A DNA stretch of 64,000 bases from Octopus bimaculoides (GCF_001194135.2 NC_068994.1:40668325-40732324), one strand, 5' to 3'; positions 39,067 to 52,230 are shown, counted from the first letter of the stretch. The notes: generated by a model not told the origin, from the sequence alone. Made by a program: numbers and translations.

Positions 39067-40602
39067 AATTATTAATATATTCTGTATTTGATTATTCTAA
39101 GTCAGACCAACTGAAGTGAATATTCTTTGATGAGAAGACCTAAAGTGATTGAAACATATATGTTAACTTGCCCCCAAATTTTTATTTTTTAAGCAAAATT
39201 CAATGATGAAGAAGATGATGATGATGTTGATGTTGATAAGGATGATGACAATAGCAATGATGATTTGACTTATATTCAACATGACATTAAAGAAAAATGT
39301 GTAATAAACATTAAATAAGGAGATGACTCAGTACCATCCTAGTAGTGGCATTCCAGGTTATGTAACAGAGAAATTTTATGTGAACATGCCACATGGGAAA
39401 GTTTTCCAATTATTGACTTGTGAATCATTGGTATAGATAATATCAAAAGAAGTTTGCAATTCTTATTAAAAAAAAGGTATAATACAGTAATATATTGTTA
39501 TTATTGTTGCTGTTGTTGTTGAGCCTCTGCTCGGTCATATTATCAAAGACCTTTTAACTATAACCTCAGGTAAGACATAGGATTAGATATTTTCTGTTAT
39601 CATCTCATCTTGTATTTTCAGGATTGCATGTTCTAATGTGTCCTTTTATTATAAGAAGGTAGAGTGTGACTTGATGGAGATGTGGCTACTATGTCTAGCA
39701 AGCCTAGCAATCAAAAAGAGGCTTTCACTATGGTTCAAAATATATCCCTATTACATGCATTACAGGTATTCTTGAAACTTAATTGTATATAGAAAATAAC
39801 TTCAACAGAAGTGATTAGTATATATATATATATATACATATATATACAAGAATATACAAGAATAAGGGCAGGGAATCGTCAATTAATAATAGAATTAATA
39901 ATTAGCAATTTTGCCAAGTAGTTCAGTATGAAAAAACCTTTATCGGTAAAACCATTTATTTGGAATAGAGAAATTTTCATTCTCTTAACCATGAAACGAT
40001 CGTATCCAATTAACTAAAGACTTGTTTTGTTTATGCTTTTCCCTCCGGTTTTTTGTTCTATGTGTGCCATAAATATCGCCATCCGTTTAGAGAAAAATTT
40101 GTAGTTTAGAATCAGTAGTTCTTTGACTGCTATTTCTAAATTTTCAGTATGTTGGAGAAGCAACTCAATGCTAATCCCTGTATATTTATGATTATTATGA
40201 TANNNNNNNNNNNNNNNNNNNNNNNNNNNNNNNNNNNNNNNNNNNNNNNNNNNNNNNNNNNNNNNNNNNNNNNNNNNNNNNNNNNNNNNNNNNNNNNNNN
40301 NNNNNNNNNNNNNNNNNNNNNNNNNNNNNNNNNNNNNNNNNNNNNNNNNNNNNNNNNNNNNNNNNNNNNNNNNNNNNNNNNNNNNNNNNNNNNNNNNNNN
40401 NNNNNNNNNNNNNNNNNNNNNNNNNNNNNNNNNNNNNNNNNNNNNNNNNNNNNNNNNNNNNNNNNNNNNNNNNNNNNNNNNNNNNNNNNNNNNNNNNNNN
40501 NNNNNNNNNNNNNNNNNNNNNNNNNNNNNNNNNNNNNNNNNNNNNNNNNNNNNNNNNNNNNNNNNNNNNNNNNNNNNNNNNNNNNNNNNNNNNNNNNNNN
40601 NN

Positions 40603-40641
<39 letters not shown>

Positions 40642-41759
40642 TTTTATTCCTTTTCTGTGTTACTCATGAAATAAATGTGAAAAAAGCTTTTGCAAATAAT
40701 ATGAAAAATATATTTAATCATCTCATCAGGAAAACCTTAAATAAAATTCTACAATTTAATTGGAAAACTATATTTTCAGTCAACTTGATCAGAAGACTTT
40801 CAACAGTAAGATAAAACAAGAGCCTCTCATAAAAATTGGAATGGCTTCTTATTGTGTATGTGTATGTGTATGCATGCATGAACATATTGTGCATAGGTAT
40901 ATATATGTAATTATACATTTATATGCATATAAAATTCATACATACACACACACACAGATGCATACATGCAAAGATGAATGTGTATATACGTGTGTGAGTG
41001 TGTGTGTATTTACACACACACATATTTTATTTCATTGCAAGCTCCATAACCCTTGTAAGATTTTAATAATCAGTATCAATTAACAAGTATTTTTGTCTTT
41101 TCTTGTTTTACATTGTATTGTGTGTTTTTTTCTTTTTTTTTTTGTTGAATTCAAATTTCTCAAAGATGAAAATCCACTGTTTAAGTCAAATGAAATAAAA
41201 CAATTTCATTCATGATCATGAATAGAACAGAGGAGAAGAGAAGTTAAAGAATAGAATAGATTGGAATTAAATAAAATAGAGTTGAATTGATGTGAATAGA
41301 ATAAAATAGATCTGATATTTGTTTGTTGATAATAAAACAATATTGTGTCTTTAGAAGTGGTAAGAAAAGAAAGAGCATAAGTGCAATAAACTGTGTAGTT
41401 TTTATTGTTTCATTTAGAAAGATAATTAATAATATGTATGTGGAATAAGGTGGTTGGTAAGAAGTATGGCACAAGAATATATTACAGCATTTTAGATGTT
41501 TCTCTTTAAATTCGGAGTACAAATTGCACTGAGGTTGACTTTCACTTTTCACTTTCACTTTTTCTTCCACTTTTATCCTTTTCAGAGGCAGAGGTGAATA
41601 AAGTATTAACATGTCAAGTATTGTCTGTCTATATAAAAGAATAATCTAAACTTGCTCGAATGTGTAACTATTTGTTAAAGCTGGAAATCATTGTTAAGTT
41701 AAATCCTTTTACATTCTGATTTCAAATCCCATTGAGGCCACTGCTCCTTCTCCATAGTG

Positions 41760-41980
41760 CATCATGCAATGAGAGGTCCCCAACTTACACTGTTGCAAAA
41801 CCTGTCATGAACCTACTTCCAGTGCAGATCAATGTCTGCCATATCCTCCTTCAGAGACTTCAACCAGATTTTAACAGGTCTACCTCAGTTCCTATGTCTC
41901 CTTTCTACTTTTCACTCAAGAAAGGCTCTCACTAGTCTCATCAAATATCATATGGCCGACTACCTTTTACCATCTCAAGG
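41760..41980 (-). mobile_element. Degenerate RTE-like LINE 3' end
   Basis: LRW..GHM followed by *GRPVKIWLKSLKEDMADIDL, resembling RGRPxKTWxxxxxED. Heavily decayed. Confidence 0.45.
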
Positions 41981-44486
41981 TGAAAGAAACTCAGCCATAT
42001 ATCCTGGTTATATATAGCTGAATTATAAGTTATATTCATTTGAATAATTGTGCTGCTTCATGTAAATATTAAAGACATCTGTGAATTGGGAACATTTTAT
42101 GAATCAGTATTCAAGTGTAAATATCAGTATATGAATATTTTCTAAATCAACATAGATTTCAGGAAATTTATGAATCTTTTACTGGTCATTTTACATGTAT
42201 ATTTTACACATTACTTACACATATATCTGTATTTAGCCACAGATTTTATTGCCCATTAAATTCAGTTGTAATATATATACATGTATATGTGTGTATATGT
42301 ATGTATATATATATATATATNNNNNNNNNNNNNNNNNNNNNNNNNNNNNNNNNNNNNNNNNNNNNNNNNNNNNNNNNNNNNNNNNNNNNNNNNNNNNNNN
42401 NNNNNNNNNNNNNNNNNNNNNNNNNNNNNNNNNNNNNNNNNNNNNNNNNNNNNNNNNNNNNNNNNNNNNNNNNNNNNNNNNNNNNNNNNNNNNNNNNNNN
42501 NNNNNNNNNNNNNNNNNNNNNNNNNNNNNNNNNNNNNNNNNNNNNNNNNNNNNNNNNNNNNNNNNNNNNNNNNNNNNNNNNNNNNNNNNNNNNNNNNNNN
42601 NNNNNNNNNNNNNNNNNNNNNNNNNNNNNNNNNNNNNNNNNNNNNNNNNNNNNNNNNNNNNNNNNNNNNNNNNNNNNNNNNNNNNNNNNNNNNNNNNNNN
42701 NNNNNNNNNNNNNNNNNNGCAGGTGTGCGTGTATGTGTGTGAATGATGGGGTTCTGCATGGATTTTGTCTATCAAACTCCACTCACATACATAGGTTATC
42801 CAAGGTAACAATAGAAAGGCATTTGCTCAAGGTACCACACATTGGACTCATAATAGAACAATAGGGTTACAGAACCAACTTTCTAATTACACAGTCACAC
42901 ACAGTCATTGTTGCACCTATAATGTGAGGCAGTACAAAATAACAATGGTCGATACCATTACTGTTATTATTCCATTAAGTCTGCAATCATTGTCGTACCA
43001 TCTGGTTGTTTCTTATATAGAAACTACAAGCTTCTGTTTGTACAGTTTTGGTAATGGTTAATAATACCTTATATCTTAATGGTATTTCGGTTGCATAATG
43101 TTTTGTAGCATTGGTACAATGTCATAATTTGTGGCTTTTTTTTTCTTTGGTTTAGCAAGAGGTTGGCTTGTTGATTAAATTGACCCCTGTAATTTTATTG
43201 TTACTTGGTTTCTATTTTATAATGCAAATATATAGTGTTCAAGTAATGAATGTAAGAACCACAGCTCTTGAATAATATTGAACCTGCTTGTTTATAATGT
43301 AATACTGACAGTTCATTGGAATGTCAAATTCTGCAGTAAATTGGAGGTGAATTTCATTTATTTAGTGTACATGTATTTTATGGAATCCTGTGACACCATA
43401 TGTAAACATACATTTATATTCATTATATTCATCTATTTAAATACATTATTCTAGGAAAGAAGCAAAAAAGAAGAAATGTGTTTAACACAATGTAAGGTGT
43501 TAGAAAGTTTTTTTTAAATTGTTAGCAGCAAAGACAAAATGTCTCTCCATCTATATTTACCAAAGAAGATGTGTTATTGCAGTTATGGCTTTGTGTAAAC
43601 ATTTTTTTTTTTTTTTTTTTTTTGTAGAGGTACACAAGAGACAATTTGTCTTCCTTGAAACATAAAAAATAGATTGGAAGAATATTTCTTCTATGATTAA
43701 GAGAGAGAGAAAGTGAGAGAGAGGGGAGAAAGAAAAAGAGAGAGAGAGGGGAGAAAGAAAAAGAGAGAGAGAGGGGAAGAGTGAAAGAGAGAGAATTAAG
43801 GAGAGAGGGGAGAAAAAAGAGAGACGCATGTCTATGTTTCCTCTATATCTACCAAAGAAAATAAATCATCTCACTTAAGTTCTCATATACATTCAAGAAA
43901 AATAATTGTTAACATTATCTATAAATTATTCCATAGAAGTATGAATGTATTAGGCTTGGAATTGTTTTCTGTTATTGTCAGGCTCAATATTACTGTATAA
44001 GCACGCATATCTTTGAACTAGAATGAAAGTCCATGAGATTTATATATTTCTAACACCATGTTCCAATGTTCTTAGACATAAAAACTCTATTGGGTATAGT
44101 TATATGGAAGTCTACCTTAACATTTAGATATCCACCCACCTGAGATTACTTCTGGCTCCAGTATGCAAAGCCTCTAAATTTGAACTTCTTGTATTTAAAT
44201 AAAAACTTTTTCTCACAAGTTTATCCAAGAACCTTATTCTAATGTTATATTCCAAATACCAGTTCAATGTAAAAGTATGTTATTCTCTTTGGACCCCTCA
44301 AAATTCTTGCTTACTTTCAAGATTGTCTTTAAAATGTAGACTGTATCAACAGAACTATCATTACAGAATGGCTATATGTAATAATTGCAGACACCACATT
44401 TGAATATACGTAGTTATTGAACTTAAACTAGGAAACAAAAATAAAAAGAATAGTTCTTTGGTAATAAATAGTCTTTTCATACATAC

Positions 44487-44628
44487 CTGGTAGTGTTTCA
44501 TAAAAGCCTTCTTTTTGACCATGTCGTTTAATATCAATAGGTGATAATGTGGACTTCTTATTAAAATGGCTTGGTTCACAACTTGTAATTTCTTTGTCTT
44601 TCCAGCTGTCTGACATTTCCATTTCTTT
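44487..44628 (-). CDS. Pcdh: Probable protocadherin internal cytoplasmic exon (KEMEMSDSWKDKEITSCEPSHFNKKSTLSPIDIKRHGQKEGFYETLP)
   Basis: 142 nt (47 codons + 1). Phase-0 acceptor cttcag|AAA (a second in-frame AAG acceptor starts the exon at 44640). Strong phase-1 donor CAG|GTATGT. Phases match exon 1 and the 26642 exon. Polar cytoplasmic-type composition. Confidence 0.6.
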
Positions 44629-44833
44629 CTGAAGACATGGCTTTTTGGGCCATAAAGAAAACAACAATTAATAAAAATATATATATATAAACATAATAAC
44701 ATGAAATAGCAAAGTATCTGCAATATTTCATTTAATTCTCAGAAGTATGTAGATATTTAAATATATCTATTATGTAAGTCTGTGGAAATATCTTGGAATA
44801 ACTCAATTTAAGCCTATGCATATAGTGAAATAT

Positions 44834-44915
<82 letters not shown>

Positions 44916-45283
44916 TAAAAAAAACCCAGTCTACTCATGTTTGACTGATCCTGACTGTGAATGTAATTGGAGAAACTTGCAGTATTTATAAGATCATTGG
45001 AACATTAGGTGTATGTATGCTGATGGGTTTGTTAATTGTAATTCATAATTTGAACTATAGGGAGGAATATGAATTAATGTTCATATGTGTGTAAGCATGT
45101 GAAAATATATTTAGGTATATTTGTATTTAAGCTAAAGCATTCAACGAAATATTTAAGATAAGTTATACTTGAACTTCCATGGATCTATTAAAGGTCAGTT
45201 ATAAGGAAAGAAGACTATGAGTTTGGTGGAAAATGTCACAAACAATTTTAATTTCTAATTGTATGTTGTTTCAGGTCTCTTAC

Positions 45284-45367
45284 ATTGCTCATGTTTTTGA
45301 GAAATACACAACTGTTTGGAATCTTATTACTTCTGAAGCAATGAAGGATACCATTTGATACATCAGT
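45284..45367 (-). CDS. Candidate symmetric (phase 0-0) cassette exon TDVSNGILHCFRSNKIPNSCVFLKNMSN
   Basis: ctcttctattgttatctgatcag|ACT ... AAT|GTAAGA. 84 nt, open in the frame joining exon 1 to the 44628 exon. Confidence 0.35.
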
Positions 45368-45508
45368 CTGATCAGATAACAATAGAAGAGTTTTAACCAT
45401 TGGTAGATACCACCGATTACAAAAGGTCTGACAACTATCTATCACACTTGTTCAAGGAATTAAAAAAATGTATCATGTAAATTATAACCACCCAGTGATA
45501 AAGAATTA

Positions 45509-45712
45509 GGTGGTGAGTTGGTGAAATCATTAGCACATCAGACAAAATGTTTAGCAACATTTCTTCTGGTTCTTTACTCTCTGAGTTCAAATCCTGTTGA
45601 GGTCAACTTTGCCTTTTATCCCTTCAGGATTGATAAAATAAAATATTATTCAAGTACTGGAATCAATGTGACTTGCCTCCTTCTCTCACAATTATTGGTC
45701 TTGAAACCTACA
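45509..45712 (+). mobile_element. SINE family A copy
   Basis: ggtgagttggtgaaatcattagc...gagttcaaatcc...gccttttatcccttcaggattgataaaat. Confidence 0.75.
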
Positions 45713-46289
45713 ACAGACTGATGTCCCATTTAGGGGAATGTTGTGCTCTTAGTGTGCTCATTTATATGCCATGAAAACTGGGTAACCAGTCTTATGCATC
45801 CTAAGACTCAAAAAAGTAAGTGTTAGTGATTAATGATAAGCACCCAGTGGTGCCCAGTAGAATTGGTTGATAAATACCTTGATTCGACTTGTATGATTTT
45901 GTAATTCTAAATAGTGAAGTAACATATGCTATCTGTTTGTCTTGTCATATTTATTTAAAAACACACAAACCCTGAGGTTAATACTTATCGAAGACATTTG
46001 CGTGTAAGACAATAATTAAGTTGGTGTTAAAATGTTAAAGGTAGTGAGCTATAATTATGTGGCAAAGAACGTACAACATTTCTTTAATGATTAATATTAT
46101 TTTGATCATTTGAGCAGTAGCAGGAGATATATTTTGATATTATCAAACCTCATAAGTCAAACATAGACTTTACTATATCAACTGAGCCAGTGATGTGAGA
46201 ATCTCTAAGTACGTGTATTGTCTTGTTTCTTGCAAATAAGTATTCCTAATTTCGTAATTATTGGTTAATGCAATAAATATGTACTAACT

Positions 46290-46620
46290 TAATTGGTCAT
46301 GTCTGAAGGAAAGACCCCCTTCAGCCATGAATAGAAGGTTACCCTCCAAGACACAAGTCCAGGCAAGTTTGTTTATGGAAGACCAGCAGTTGCCCATGCA
46401 TACCAGCCTCCGCTCTCCACACCATAGTTGTTAGCCAAAGGAAAGGCAAATGCTAATACAGCTTGGAACAAGTGATGTTACAACACATTTTTACAGCAGC
46501 AGGAAATAAAATGTCTTGCTCAAGAACACAACCCACAACCTGGTCCAGGAATTGAACTCATTACCTCATGATTGTGAGCCTGGCACTCTAACTGCTGAGC
46601 TATGTGCCTACATTGGCCAT
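46290..46620 (-). mobile_element. SINE group C copy
   Basis: cttgctcaagaacacaac...ccaggaattgaactc...ctctaactgctgagctatg is the reverse complement of a tRNA-like head. Confidence 0.75.
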
Positions 46621-47050
46621 GTCTACGTTTAATATTATTCCATGAATTTCCCTTGCATATTACTGAGATTGATTGTAAATAGCTTCTGTTGTTCACTATG
46701 AAAGGTTGTAACCAATTCTATATAAATGACACCAAAACCCATATTTTGTTTTGCTTCCTATCACAATCACAAACTAAACAATCTAACATCTACTTGTAGC
46801 CCTATGAATTTCCTCTAATCACTCTTTCCTTAATAAATAAAAACATTTCAGACATTAGGTTGTTGACATTTTCAATGTGTAACAACACAAAAATACATGC
46901 AAAACACAATAAGTCTGAAACAGAGCTGCTGCAACATTCACAGATATCTTAGATTGTATCCTGAGAAAAGAAACTCAACTAATTGACATAATATCACTCA
47001 TAGACATGTTCCACCCCATTTGGCCTACAGATATGCAGTCTTTTCATAGC

Positions 47051-47302
47051 ATTTTCTACTGATTCTGCAATGGCCTCTGCTCTTTGGATCTGGTTGATTC
47101 CATGCTGCCTCCACTTTGTTACTTCTAATTCATTCATCTCCTTCTCTCACCACTCATGTGTTTAACTCCACCAAACCCCAAAGTAACCATTATGCCTAGT
47201 TCTTCCTTCCCAGAATGCCAGAACTTTTGCAATTCTCTTACTGCTTAAGTCTTTCCTGCAGTTATTGACTTACAACAATTTAAGCATAATGTTAATAACA
47301 TC
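47051..47302 (+). mobile_element. CR1/L2-group LINE 3' remnant
   Basis: IFY*FCNGLCSLDL...HYA*FFLPRM..L[frameshift]NSLTA*VFPAVIDLQQFKHNVNNI resembles the SFFPRTxxLWNSLPxxVFP...LQxFK terminus. Confidence 0.65.
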
Positions 47303-47788
47303 ATTCCCACAAGTCTCAGAAGGTCTGTAAAAGCTGTAGGTTCTGCCCATACCCCAAGACTTAGCAATTAAATAAAATGAAAACAAATACACATCACCAA
47401 TGTATGCCAATGAGGAAGCTTCAATGTAACCACTTGAAAAGCTAGAAATAACAACCAAATTTTTATTCAACCTACACCCTGGGAACTAAAAAAGACACAT
47501 TTGTTTATGCAGTTTTAAAAAAACAAATGCATAGTCATAGACTGAATGACCCTACTCATCAATCAGTTCAATCAGGGTTGACTTAGAAAAGCAACACTAA
47601 CAAAAGTAACAATGACATTGACTCACAAAGAAGTTTTCCATACATATGCTCTATCTCTAGGGACAAATTAATGAAAACTTTTATCACTAACATATTAAGA
47701 ACTCCTCTGAAATATTTGGGTTCATCTTTGTTGGAAGTAAAATTCTTTAGTCTTGAACATTATCATAGATTTCTTAAAGGTCAAAATA

Positions 47789-47999
47789 TGAGGAGTGCGG
47801 AAAAGTTTCTAGCTTTGGATAAAAGAAAGTACTGGAAGATCAGTTAATTATGATTTTATTCAACATATTCCCCTCTCAAGTAGTTATTGCAGCAGTCCTT
47901 CAGTTTTTCTAAGCCCTGTAAAAGAACTCAGGAAGTTGAGCCTCTAACCAGGCCTTTCATGATACCCTTAAAGCTGGGAACTTTTTCAGCACCTCCTTG
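47789..47999 (-). mobile_element. Mariner-derived MITE, 211 bp
   Basis: TA flanks at 47787-88 and 48000-01. TIRs tgaggagtgcggaaaagtttctagcttt and aaagctgggaactttttcagcacctccttg. Interior resembles a mariner C-terminus (EFFY...LRGEYVE) on the minus strand. Confidence 0.8.
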
Positions 48000-48349
48000 T
48001 ACATTATTTCTTGGAAGGCAGCTTCTCAAACCAAAATCTTCAAACTGTTTTATTCATGAGAGACCTTTTATATTGCATTCTGGGTATATTAGGCATATTA
48101 CATTGCTTGAAGTAAGCAAATAAAATATTACTTGCAGTATGTATATCACCTTATGTTTGCACTAAGTTGATCACAGATATTATCTTTGCAGTGCAAGGCT
48201 ACTGGGTGGCTTGAAAAGCATTTCAAGTAAGTTTTCAGGTTGGTTGAAGTGTGAAATAAAATTAATGAAGATTCTTGGTGGATAATTGATATAAACACAT
48301 GCAACTATAAGTACATCCATAAATACATGCATACCTGCATTTAAGCACT

Positions 48350-48387
<38 letters not shown>

Positions 48388-49286
48388 TATACTAATGTTG
48401 TGAAATTTATACACATGCACACATATTTTAGATGATTAATTTATAATGTATGCATGAGCATATATGAGTACAGGAATGTCTTTGGTGCATGTATAAATGT
48501 ATGTATATTCACATAGTTGTGTGAATGTCTCCTTGTGTATGTAAATCTCTATGCCTCAGCCTGCATAATTATAGGTATACCTAATATCATTAATATTTAT
48601 TTCATATTCTATAAAATCTAATTCAAAAATCTATGTGAAATATAATTATCTTTGCATTCATACAACAATAATCTAGTTAAAATGAATAGATAACTTTTTT
48701 AAAGGTCTTATAGATTTTTACATCTTCAGCTAATAATGTATGGCTACAAAATTAAGTTAATTAGCTATGTGAATTATTATTATTTGTTTAATTATTTTAT
48801 CTTATCTAAAATGAGGATAAAATCAGGAAATGAATAACTCTATGTATATAGTTAAAGCCAAATTAGAAGTACTGTATTAATTGCCCTTAACTGCTCATAT
48901 TTTCCATTCATTTCTATAGTTATATTTAAATCAAGGCGGGGAAAACAAGTTTTTGTATTTCAAAGAATTTAATACACCGTTTACACTAAACCTAATATTA
49001 CTTTTTTTCTCTTTTCTTCAGAGTATTTGATTAGTAGTAATTGTTTTGGGTGTGTGGTTTAGAAGTTTGCTTTACTAAATTATCATATGGTTTCAGGTTC
49101 AGTCCCATAGCTTGGTATTGTGAATTAGTGCTTTCTAATCTAGCCACAGGCTGAGTTTGAGTAGAATCTTATAGTCAGAAATTTGCAGAAGCATATATAT
49201 ATATATATATATATACATACACACGTGCACACACACACATGCATATCTATCTATCTATCTATCTATCTATCCATCCATCTATCAAG

Positions 49287-49323
<37 letters not shown>

Positions 49324-49370
49324 TAAGAATACATTCTAGCATCTGTGTATATATGCATAAATATATACAT

Positions 49371-49410
<40 letters not shown>

Positions 49411-49808
49411 CCATATCTGTGTGTTTTATATTTATATTCTTCTACATATGTTCATGTTCATTTATATGTAAAATTTGTACATATGTTTGTATGTATTTAT
49501 ACATATGTGTATATGTGTGTATTTATGTGAATTTGAGTATGTTTGTATAAATGTGTATAAATGTATATATATATATATTTGTGTGTATGGCCGTCCGTGC
49601 AGCTGAAGATGATTGTATGGGTATGTATCTGCATAGGAATTACTACATATATATTTGTGTGTATATGTATATATATATGTTTGTATGCAAACATTTGTAT
49701 GTCTGTGTATTTATATTGAGTGTTTATGTATGTAATCTTAAGGGTGCCAAGTGTACAAATAAATATATTCCCCCATACTTCCTTACATTTTATGGTTTAT
49801 ATACACAT

Positions 49809-49839
<31 letters not shown>

Positions 49840-49939
49840 CATATACACACACATACATACCCATATATGCATATACTAATATATACTTTTGTTATTTACA
49901 CCACCTGTCCTCATCTGTTGTTATTATTTGTATATTCTC

Positions 49940-49994
<55 letters not shown>

Positions 49995-50000
49995 CATATA

Positions 50001-50148
50001 GGGAGAATTCACAAACAAAAACAAAAGACGAAGACAGGTGGTGTAGAAAACAAACAGATGTATTAGTTTAACGCCTGGGAAGTGAAAAAGTCTTTAACGT
50101 TTCGAGCCTACGCTCTTCGACAGAAAGGCACACAGAAAGAAACAAGGA
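50001..50148 (-). repeat. ~150-bp dispersed repeat (putative Penelope pLTR), copy 2
   Basis: Aligns with 35090-35235. Lies 1.2 kb downstream of the same-strand GIY-YIG fragment. Confidence 0.85.
50092..50127 (-). ncRNA. Minimal hammerhead-like motif with A6U core variant
   Basis: CUUU-CUGUCGA-A-GAGC-GUAG-GCUC-GAA-ACGU-U-AAAG. Stems I and II and palindromic helix III are intact. Confidence 0.45.
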
Positions 50149-50637
50149 AAGACACACACACGTGCACACATACATGCGCACACATACACACATATACGCA
50201 CACATCACATATAGGTAGGTAGATAGATATATACATATATACATACTTACATATGCATATACATACATATACATATAAACAGAATCCCATTGAGGATTAT
50301 GCGTTATTGGTTATTATTATTCTTAATCAACTGTGTCAATATTCCCAGTATGCATAGAACATAACAAAATATATTTGCTATATTATCTAGTGTCATTGTG
50401 AGAATTTAGATGTATCAGTGGATTAAGTACCTGACAACCAGCAGAGATATTGACAGCTCATATACTGTCAACAGAATGACATTATATCTAAGGTCAAGTT
50501 ACTTAATTCGTGCTTGATTCAGTCTACCTAGCTGAAATTAGGTACCATGGCTTAAATACAATTTAATTTTCCATGTAGTATCAGCTGTGCTATTGTAAAA
50601 TAGATGATTGTCTTGTTAACTTGCAACTGAGTTCAAC

Positions 50638-50826
50638 AGAATAAGAACGAGCAGGGCAAGGTTCAGAGAGCTCCTGCTTCTGCTAGCAACAAAGTGCCTC
50701 TTCTTCAGAGTGAAAGGCAGATTGTATGATGCCTGTGTGCAAACAGCTATGCTACACAGTAGTGAAACATGGTCAGTGACAGTCGAGGACATGCATAGGC
50801 TTGAAAGAAATGAAGCCAGTATGCAT
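50638..50826 (+). mobile_element. RTE-clade LINE fragment (post-RT region)
   Basis: RIRTSRARFRELLLLLATKCLFFRVKGRLYDACVQTAMLHSSETWSVTVEDMHRLERNEASM matches the RTE KxRLYxAxVxxxMLYGSETW pattern. Confidence 0.85.
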
Positions 50827-51120
50827 ATTCAGCAGAGTGTAAGCATCTTAAAGTTTCCTAGTAAGCAGAGGTAAGACTGCACCACACTTTTTCAGCAAAT
50901 GACACTTCTTCAAGACGTCTATGACAACTGGGAAGAATTTTTCTTCAAACTGGGCACATTGAGACCAAATGGTTATAACAGAGTAAACTCTTCTCAAAAC
51001 ATTGATCCATCAGGTGTAATGTTAAACTGGGTGATGAAACGTCTATCAAGAACCAAGAACAGAATATCTTTTTGATAGCCTTGCTCTGATTTTCCATTTA
51101 CAAAATTTCACTCTCAACAC

Positions 51121-51330
51121 CTGAGGGTCCATATAAGATTTTTAGGGGTCCACACCGCAAAATAGTAAATTGGGGATTCAAAATAGTATTTTAAGGGCTC
51201 CTGAAAATATTTTGCTTTAGATGTATGTATTAGTATGTATTGCAAGAAATAGCTAGGTTTCTTTTTCTTACATTTTTCGTAGCTCAACCTACACCAGTTA
51301 ATATCTGGAAAACAATATAAGAATTTCAAA
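51121..51330. mobile_element. Probable truncated MITE fragment abutting the Penelope remnant
   Basis: Repeated ggggtcca/gggctcc motifs typical of hAT MITE subterminal regions. No complete TIR pair seen. Confidence 0.3.
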
Positions 51331-51331
51331 A

Positions 51332-51806
51332 TTCCTGCTTATGGCAAAGACAGGAGTACGGATGGCCCCTGTGCAAGGACAATCCGAACAAAGACAGGTG
51401 TTGTAAAGAGTGACCAGTAGAGCAGAAATGGTGCAAAACTGGGGTGCCATTGCCGAGTCTGATGTCTCAGAGGTGTTTCGTGAACCGGTCAGCCAGGCGG
51501 CGTCCCGTTTGACTGATGTATAGAGAAGGACAAGGGAGAGCAGGAGATGCAGTAGATGACATTGCTAGAACTGCAAGTGAAGGAGTCAGTGATATTATAG
51601 GGTTGATGATGGGTGCCTGTGAGGAGGGTGGTGTTGGAGAGGTAAGGGCAAGTGCAGCGGTATGGGTGGGAGTAGGGGAATGAGCCGGGTTGGGAGGTTG
51701 GGTTAGAGAAGAAGCTCTGGACCAAGAGGTCTCGTAAGTTTTGGTCTCATTTGAAGGAGGGGAGGGGTCAGTTAGGGAAGATGTGCGAAGTGGAGGGGTC
51801 GGACTG
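51332..51806 (-). mobile_element. Penelope-like element fragment, linker plus GIY-YIG endonuclease
   Basis: QSDPSTSHIFP..SFK*DQNLRDLLVQS...FTCSSSNVIYCISCS[frameshift]LCPSLYISQTGRRLADRFTKHL*DIRLGNGTPVLHHFCSTGHS. Stops are TGA at expected CGA positions, consistent with CpG decay. Confidence 0.9.
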
Positions 51807-52196
51807 GTGTGATATATATACATGAATAGGTTACTTGGTATTTGTCCTTGTTGCATTCTTTATGTATCCATCTGCTTTGCAATTTGAACATGCAATTTCA
51901 AACAGACCCACTCACACATTACATATGCACAATTATGCATTTATAAATACATGCATATTTGAACACACATCTTCATACAAACAGACACACACAGACACAG
52001 ACACACACAGACACACACACACACACACACAGATATATATATATATATATATATATACAGGTATTAATACGAGTCAAACTGTAATTAAATATATATATCA
52101 TTCCTACTGATAGTGTCTTTTTCCCCTCAAGACTCTTCTGTATGAAACCTATTGGTAAAATCAGCTGCTATGGATCTATAATACTGTATTGTGTTG

Positions 52197-52230
<34 letters not shown>

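Noticed and set aside
39960-40010. GAAACGATCGTA palindrome with TTGGA/TCCAA pairing (and GAAATAGATCTA near 35345 on the minus strand)
   Set aside because: They resemble hammerhead helix III but have no CUGANGA core at the right position.
47270-47470. 66-aa minus-strand ORF with splice-like sites
   Set aside because: Phase 2-2 does not fit the gene model, and it overlaps the LINE remnant.
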